64,000 nucleotides of DNA, taken from positions 1,025,878 through 1,089,877 of the forward strand of contig CBDCGG010000002.1 in the NCBI GenBank assembly GCA_965216605.1, read 5' to 3'. This document shows, in pieces, positions 59,465 through 64,000 of the stretch; the stretch's first letter is position 1; every line of letters starts with the position of its first letter. Made by a program: the position numbers and the translations under genes. The notes below the pieces were generated by a model. The model was given only the letters and a program-made list of their open reading frames with translations. It was not told the DNA's origin and did no database searches. The stretch is from Alphaproteobacteria bacterium (GTDB lineage Bacteria; Pseudomonadota; Alphaproteobacteria; JABAAW01).

Positions 59465-59961
59465 CCTCTTTAGCAGCCTTTTGGGGTTGTTCTTGGGAGC
59501 GTATTTCTAGGTTGTCTTCTTTGTCGCTTTGCTTGCGATTCTTCTTGGCTGTTTTCTTGACAGTGCTCTTGATAGTTCTCTTGAAAGTCTTGGGCTTCGC
59601 ATCCTCCGCCCCTTGATCCAAAGTTGCCGACAAATTTACCGATTCCTGCTCCATCGATTCTTGCTTTACCGATTCCTGCTCCATCGATTTTATCGATTCT
59701 TGCGATTCTTGCTCCACCGCTTCTTGCTTCATCGATCTTTCCTCCATCGACTTTCCCCCGTTAAAAAAATGTCTGCGCAACGCCTTCCCCCAAGAATTCT
59801 CTAAAGCTCCCTTTAAAGCCCTCTTTCCGCCTGAAGCGTAGACTATACAAACGACACAAAAATTTCCCCCCACTTTTTCCCCGTGCCACAACTTCCCCTA
59901 AACGCTCTCTAATAGGAGAGACGCTTCCCCCGAGAAGTTCCTAACACTCTATCACAAAAAA

Positions 59962-61137
59962 TCAGACTTCGCAACACTCTGCAACAATTTTTTCGACAAA
60001 AGAGCAACTCTTCTCCAACTGCTCCTTCTCTAAAAACTCGTTCGCCTTGTGCGCCTGATCGATCGAGCCAGGACCGCACACGATCGAGGCAATGCCCGCG
60101 CGCTGATACTGCCCTGCCTCGGTCACATAGCCGGCATAGCGGTGCTGATTGTCTCCCGTTATCTTGCGCACCAAACGCTCGGCTTCGGAATCCACCTCTG
60201 GCTTCAGCGAGGCAACAGCCGCCTTAGAGCGTGTCTCGATCGAACAGCCCTCGTGCACCGCGCGCATCGCAGGCAGGATATGCTGTTGATGCCACTCCTC
60301 GAACGCCTTAGGCAAAGCTTGCTCGTCGTCCTCAGGCAGCGCTCGCAAGTCCCACAGAAAAGAGCACGACGGAGCAATGATATTCACCGCTGTCCCGCCC
60401 TTGATCACGCCCACATGCACGCTTGTCCAAGGTGGATCGAAACGATCGTCCTTGTGTTTTTGCTCTTGCTGTTGCATCTCGCCCAGTTTTGCGACGAGCT
60501 GCGCGGCTGCCATCACGGCGCTCACGCCTTGGCGAATGTCGGAGGAGTGTCCTGCGAATCCCTCTACCCGCGTCTCGAAGATAGCAATCGACTTGTGTCC
60601 TGAGATCGGCTTCATCATGCTGGGCTCTCCGACTACGACACAGCTGGGCGAGGGAGACTTCTCTTGCAACGCTCGGATTGCGTGCGGCGCGCCGAGGCAT
60701 CCTACTTCTTCGTCGTAGGTCAGCACCAAGTGGATCGGACGACGCAGCTCGGCTGCAACCATCGACGGCACAACGGCAAGCACGCTGGCGAGAAAGCCCT
60801 TCATATCGCAAGCGCCTCTGCCGTAGAGTTTTCCGTCTTTCTCGGTGAGGAGGAAGGGATCGGTGTCCCACGCCTGCTCTGACACGGGAACGACATCCGT
60901 ATGCCCGGAGAGAACAACGCCTCCTTCTTTCTGCGGGCCTATCGTTGCGATCAGATTGGCTTTTCCCTGCTGATCGGGCGAGGGCAGAATCTCGACGGCA
61001 ACGCCTGACTTTCGCAACTCTTCCGCAGCCCACTCGATGAGCGGCAGGTTCGAAGTGCTGGACACAGAGGGAAATGCGACAAGGCGCGCAAGAATCTCGG
61101 TGGCTCGTTCCAGCGTTTGCGGGGAGGTGCGCGACAT
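59962..61137 (-). CDS. argE: Acetylornithine deacetylase (M20)
   Basis: LSGHTDVVP, GRGACDMKG, DEEVGC, VGEPS, GPGSIDQAHKANE. Confidence 0.9.
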   Translation of the reverse strand: MSRTSPQTLERATEILARLVAFPSVSSTSNLPLIEWAAEELRKSGVAVEILPSPDQQGKANLIATIGPQKEGGVVLSGHTDVVPVSEQAWDTDPFLLTEKDGKLYGRGACDMKGFLASVLAVVPSMVAAELRRPIHLVLTYDEEVGCLGAPHAIRALQEKSPSPSCVVVGEPSMMKPISGHKSIAIFETRVEGFAGHSSDIRQGVSAVMAAAQLVAKLGEMQQQEQKHKDDRFDPPWTSVHVGVIKGGTAVNIIAPSCSFLWDLRALPEDDEQALPKAFEEWHQQHILPAMRAVHEGCSIETRSKAAVASLKPEVDSEAERLVRKITGDNQHRYAGYVTEAGQYQRAGIASIVCGPGSIDQAHKANEFLEKEQLEKSCSFVEKIVAECCEV

Positions 61138-61328
61138 GCCTCCATCATAGGGAGGCAACTGGAGCGATGCAACTAGCGTGGTGCGGAAAGAGCAACGCAC
61201 CGCTCGGCGGTAAGACCGAGCGATGCGTTTTTTTTTAGCTCTTCCTCCTGCTTCTTCCTCCTGCTCTGCTCGCTTTTGCAACTTGCTTTAGCGAGCGGAG
61301 GGGAGGGGGATAGGGGAGGGGTTAGGGG

Positions 61329-61865
61329 TTATGCGGCTTGCGCTTGTTTGACAGCGGAGGTTGGGAGTTTTGTGCTGCTGTCTTTTGTTAGCACGGGGAT
61401 TCGTTTGGGTTTGGCTTCTTCGGGGATATCGCGCAGGAGTTCGATATGGAGCAGTCCGTTTTCGAGCTGCGCTTTTTCTACTCGGACATGTTCGGCGAGG
61501 CTGAATTGTCTTGAGAAGGCTCTTTCTGCGATTCCTCGATGGAGGAAGTTCGACTCGTTGGTTGGGTCGTATTGGTTTTCGCTCTTGCTTTTTGCTTGCG
61601 AGATTTGTCCTTGTGGATTTGGAGCGATTTTGCCAGCGACTTTACCTTGTATAGTGAGCAGGTTTTGTTTGAGTTCCACTTCCAGGTCTTCGGGACGGAA
61701 TCCTGCTACTGCCATCGAGATTCGGTAGTTATTTTCGTTAATTTTCTCGATATTGTATGGGGGGTATGCGGAAGTAGGTGCTTCTGCCATTTCGTCGAAG
61801 AGTTGGAACAATCTGTCGAAGCCGACGGTTGTTCGGAAGAGTGGTGATAGATCGAATCGTGTCAT
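61329..61865 (-). CDS. ibpA: Small heat-shock protein (IbpA family)
   Basis: FDLSPLFRTTVGFDRL, YPPYNIE, HRGIAER.F.R.F.LA. Confidence 0.93.
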   Translation of the reverse strand: MTRFDLSPLFRTTVGFDRLFQLFDEMAEAPTSAYPPYNIEKINENNYRISMAVAGFRPEDLEVELKQNLLTIQGKVAGKIAPNPQGQISQAKSKSENQYDPTNESNFLHRGIAERAFSRQFSLAEHVRVEKAQLENGLLHIELLRDIPEEAKPKRIPVLTKDSSTKLPTSAVKQAQAA

Positions 61866-61992
61866 GGTATTTCTCCTTTGATGAAGCGAGAGGGTTTGTG
61901 TATTCTCGCGGAGTAGATTTTTTCGAGGCTTTGTGAGCCCTCGATACTTTCTACGATGCGAGAGGCAACGGCTGTTATTAGCCCGTTGCTTT
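61866..61992 (-). promoter_or_regulatory. ROSE-like RNA thermometer in the ibpA 5' UTR
   Basis: The last hairpin UCUCGCUU-CAUCA-AAGGAGA pairs UCGCU with the SD and leaves a bulged G; upstream hairpins GCAACGG/CCGTTGC and TCGAGG/CCTCGA. Confidence 0.6.
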
Positions 61993-61995
61993 GAT

Positions 61996-62026
61996 ATATG
62001 TGGGGAGGGGTAGGGGGGATGTCAAG
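61996..62026 (-). promoter_or_regulatory. Sigma32-like promoter of ibpA
   Basis: CTTGAC-N15-CCCCACATAT on the minus strand. Confidence 0.55.
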
Positions 62027-62130
62027 GGCGGCGGAGAATTTTTATTATTACCGAATTGCAGTAGATGGTACAAAGCATGCATTGACAAGGATAGAGGTAG
62101 GGCAAAGATTCACCTCACAAGGAATGTGCG

Positions 62131-63141
62131 ATGGCTTTGCCCTCTCCCACTGTCGTCGACCTGTTTTGCGGGGCGGGTTTGCTGAGCTATGGCTTCTGTT
62201 CTGCAGGGTTTCGCCCTGTGTTTGCTATAGATAGCAACGAAGACAGCATAGCAAGCTACAGAAGAAATGTCGGTCGATCAGCTTGCGTTGGCGATGTTCG
62301 GAGCATTCCAACGGGTTTGCGTTGTGAAGTTGTTGTGGCGGGACCTCCTTGTCAAGGCTTTAGTCTTCTGGGACAGCAAGATTCGCGGGATCCAAGAAAT
62401 CGTCTATGCTTGGTCGTACCTCTTTGGGCTCAGGAGACGCAGTGCAAGGTTGTTGTGGTAGAAAATGTCCCGCAGTTTGTTAAATCTTATCAATATGCGA
62501 CGATGGTAACAGAATTAAAAAATCAAGGTTTTGCAGTTAAATCTTGGATGCTTAACGCAGCGGACTTTGGCACGCCTCAAAACAGGAAAAGAAGTTTTAC
62601 CATTGCAAGCAAAATTGGTTTGCCAGAAATGCCTTTACAGAAAAAACAAAAAACTACTGTCAGAGAAGCGTTTAAAAATCTTCCTTCCCAGAACAGTGAC
62701 TCTATGCATATTTCCCCAGTGCCAAGCAATTTGGCGATGGCGCGCTTTAAAAATACGCCATGCGGAGGAGGCAAGGATGATATTATGAAAAACGCGCCTG
62801 ATATTTGCCTTGATTCGTGGTTTGAGCGAAGAGGACAAACAACGGATGTTTGGGGACGCATGCTTTGGGAAAAACCGTCAAATACGATAAGATGCTATTT
62901 TCAGAACCCGACTACGGGGCGTTATGTTCACCCCGAAGAAAACCGTGTAATTACTCTAAGAGAAGGGGCACGTTTGCAAGACATTCCTGACAGCTGGATT
63001 TTTCAAGGTAGACGAACTTCAGCGGTTAAGCAGATTGGCAACGGCGTTCCTATAAAGATAGGGAGAATTATTGGTAAAAATATACATAATATATTTAATA
63101 ATTATCAACGGAGCAATAAAATTATAGTGTCCAGCAATTAA
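62131..63141 (+). CDS. C5-cytosine DNA methyltransferase
   Basis: DLFCGAG, GPPCQGFS, VENV, QNRKR, TLREGARLQ, QIGNGVP; AT-rich 3' half. Confidence 0.93.
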   Translation: MALPSPTVVDLFCGAGLLSYGFCSAGFRPVFAIDSNEDSIASYRRNVGRSACVGDVRSIPTGLRCEVVVAGPPCQGFSLLGQQDSRDPRNRLCLVVPLWAQETQCKVVVVENVPQFVKSYQYATMVTELKNQGFAVKSWMLNAADFGTPQNRKRSFTIASKIGLPEMPLQKKQKTTVREAFKNLPSQNSDSMHISPVPSNLAMARFKNTPCGGGKDDIMKNAPDICLDSWFERRGQTTDVWGRMLWEKPSNTIRCYFQNPTTGRYVHPEENRVITLREGARLQDIPDSWIFQGRRTSAVKQIGNGVPIKIGRIIGKNIHNIFNNYQRSNKIIVSSN

Positions 63142-64000
63142 TAATAAATTTTTCGCAATTATTCCATAGTTTTTCTAAATCTTCAAGTAACGGCTCGTAA
63201 TAATTTGAATGCACCAAATAGTTTAATTTTTCTATTTCACAGATACTCTTGTTAGTCAGGTTTAAACCTTGCCTGATGCCGATTTCAACATTTGGCTTTT
63301 CTCCCCTATAGAATTTCATATGTTCAGTAACAGCATTGATTCTTTTGGGCAAGGAAAGACTTCCTCCATTCTTGTTTGTGTTTTTAATGTTGTTTTTACC
63401 CATGTAATACTCAACACTAATTTCTATAAATGTTCTTGCTAGCACAGCGGTAGCATTTCTTGCTTTTGTAGCATCAAGGGTGCTGGATTGAGAAAGCTCA
63501 TTGAATATTTGCCTCTCCCTATGTCTTTCGTCAGGCACAATATTGCCCACAGAACTTGGTATCCAAGATTTTCTGTTTAAAATATCCATTGGACTTTCAG
63601 AACCTAAAATCGACGGCACAAATTTTTGAAAATTTTCACTGCCAATTCCAAAATCCTCTACTAACATTTCTAGTATTTTCATGCATAATTTTTTTTCTTT
63701 GGGATTCATTTTTTTAATGATATAACCATATTCTCTTATAATATCACTTTTTTCTATAATTTCCTTAGCCTTTTTTTTGCGATATTGCCCGTTTGCGGTA
63801 AGTGCTTTTTTCATACGATCAGTAATTTCTTTTGAAAATGCTTCTGTTACAGGGTTTTCTTTTAACTCTGTCCTGTTGGTATTTATTAAATCCTTGAACT
63901 CTTGGTCTAGAACATCGGCTTTAACAATGCATTCCATATAACTATGAGCAAGATAATTTGTTACTCCAGTATGTAACCCTAGCAGAGATGGCCCCATTGC
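63122..64000 (-). CDS. AT-rich protein convergent with the MTase (3' part; runs off right edge), possibly GHKL-ATPase tail plus HEPN-like C-terminus
   Basis: IVKADVLD...DLINTNR segment resembles RM-associated GHKL ATPases; the C-terminal LNYLVHSNYYEP..LEKLWNN resembles HEPN-like domains. Both from memory. Confidence 0.5.
   Translation of the reverse strand, partial: AMGPSLLGLHTGVTNYLAHSYMECIVKADVLDQEFKDLINTNRTELKENPVTEAFSKEITDRMKKALTANGQYRKKKAKEIIEKSDIIREYGYIIKKMNPKEKKLCMKILEMLVEDFGIGSENFQKFVPSILGSESPMDILNRKSWIPSSVGNIVPDERHRERQIFNELSQSSTLDATKARNATAVLARTFIEISVEYYMGKNNIKNTNKNGGSLSLPKRINAVTEHMKFYRGEKPNVEIGIRQGLNLTNKSICEIEKLNYLVHSNYYEPLLEDLEKLWNNCEKFIINCWTL

Overview
Bacterial chromosome segment, most likely alphaproteobacterial, judged from conserved gene pairs (cysS-cimA, murJ-trpS, ubiE-ubiB, ftsK-lolA, rplU-rpmA-obgE), TRAP genes, carD and a ROSE-like element. 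It is mostly housekeeping genes: topA, acs, secA, gltA, dnaA, recG, tpiA, argE and ibpA, plus rnpB, four tRNAs and a pseudaminic-acid-type cluster. The unusual signal is architectural. (1) A family of modular palindromic repeats occurs as inward-pointing inverted pairs that tightly bracket single ~1 kb AT-rich genes at four loci: a COG2958/HrgA-like nuclease, a GIY-YIG nuclease, a membrane protein and a decayed paralog of that membrane protein. Solo or partial copies occur at four more junctions. (2) The repeats carry hairpins whose stems vary while staying paired, and many have cGNAg triloops that always lie on the strand reading toward the cargo. (3) The host DNA shows an extreme saw-tooth G/C skew that flips abruptly from G-rich to C-rich at these junctions, so the C-depleted strand is the hairpin-forming strand. 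Together these suggest an undescribed ssDNA-based cassette exchange or breakage/recombination system. This is inference; no transposase or integrase is in the window. Short 9-17 bp tandem duplications and three single-base frameshifts are also visible, and the frameshifts could be assembly errors. Start codons were picked by eye from motifs, RBS and ATGA overlaps, and counts were done by hand.
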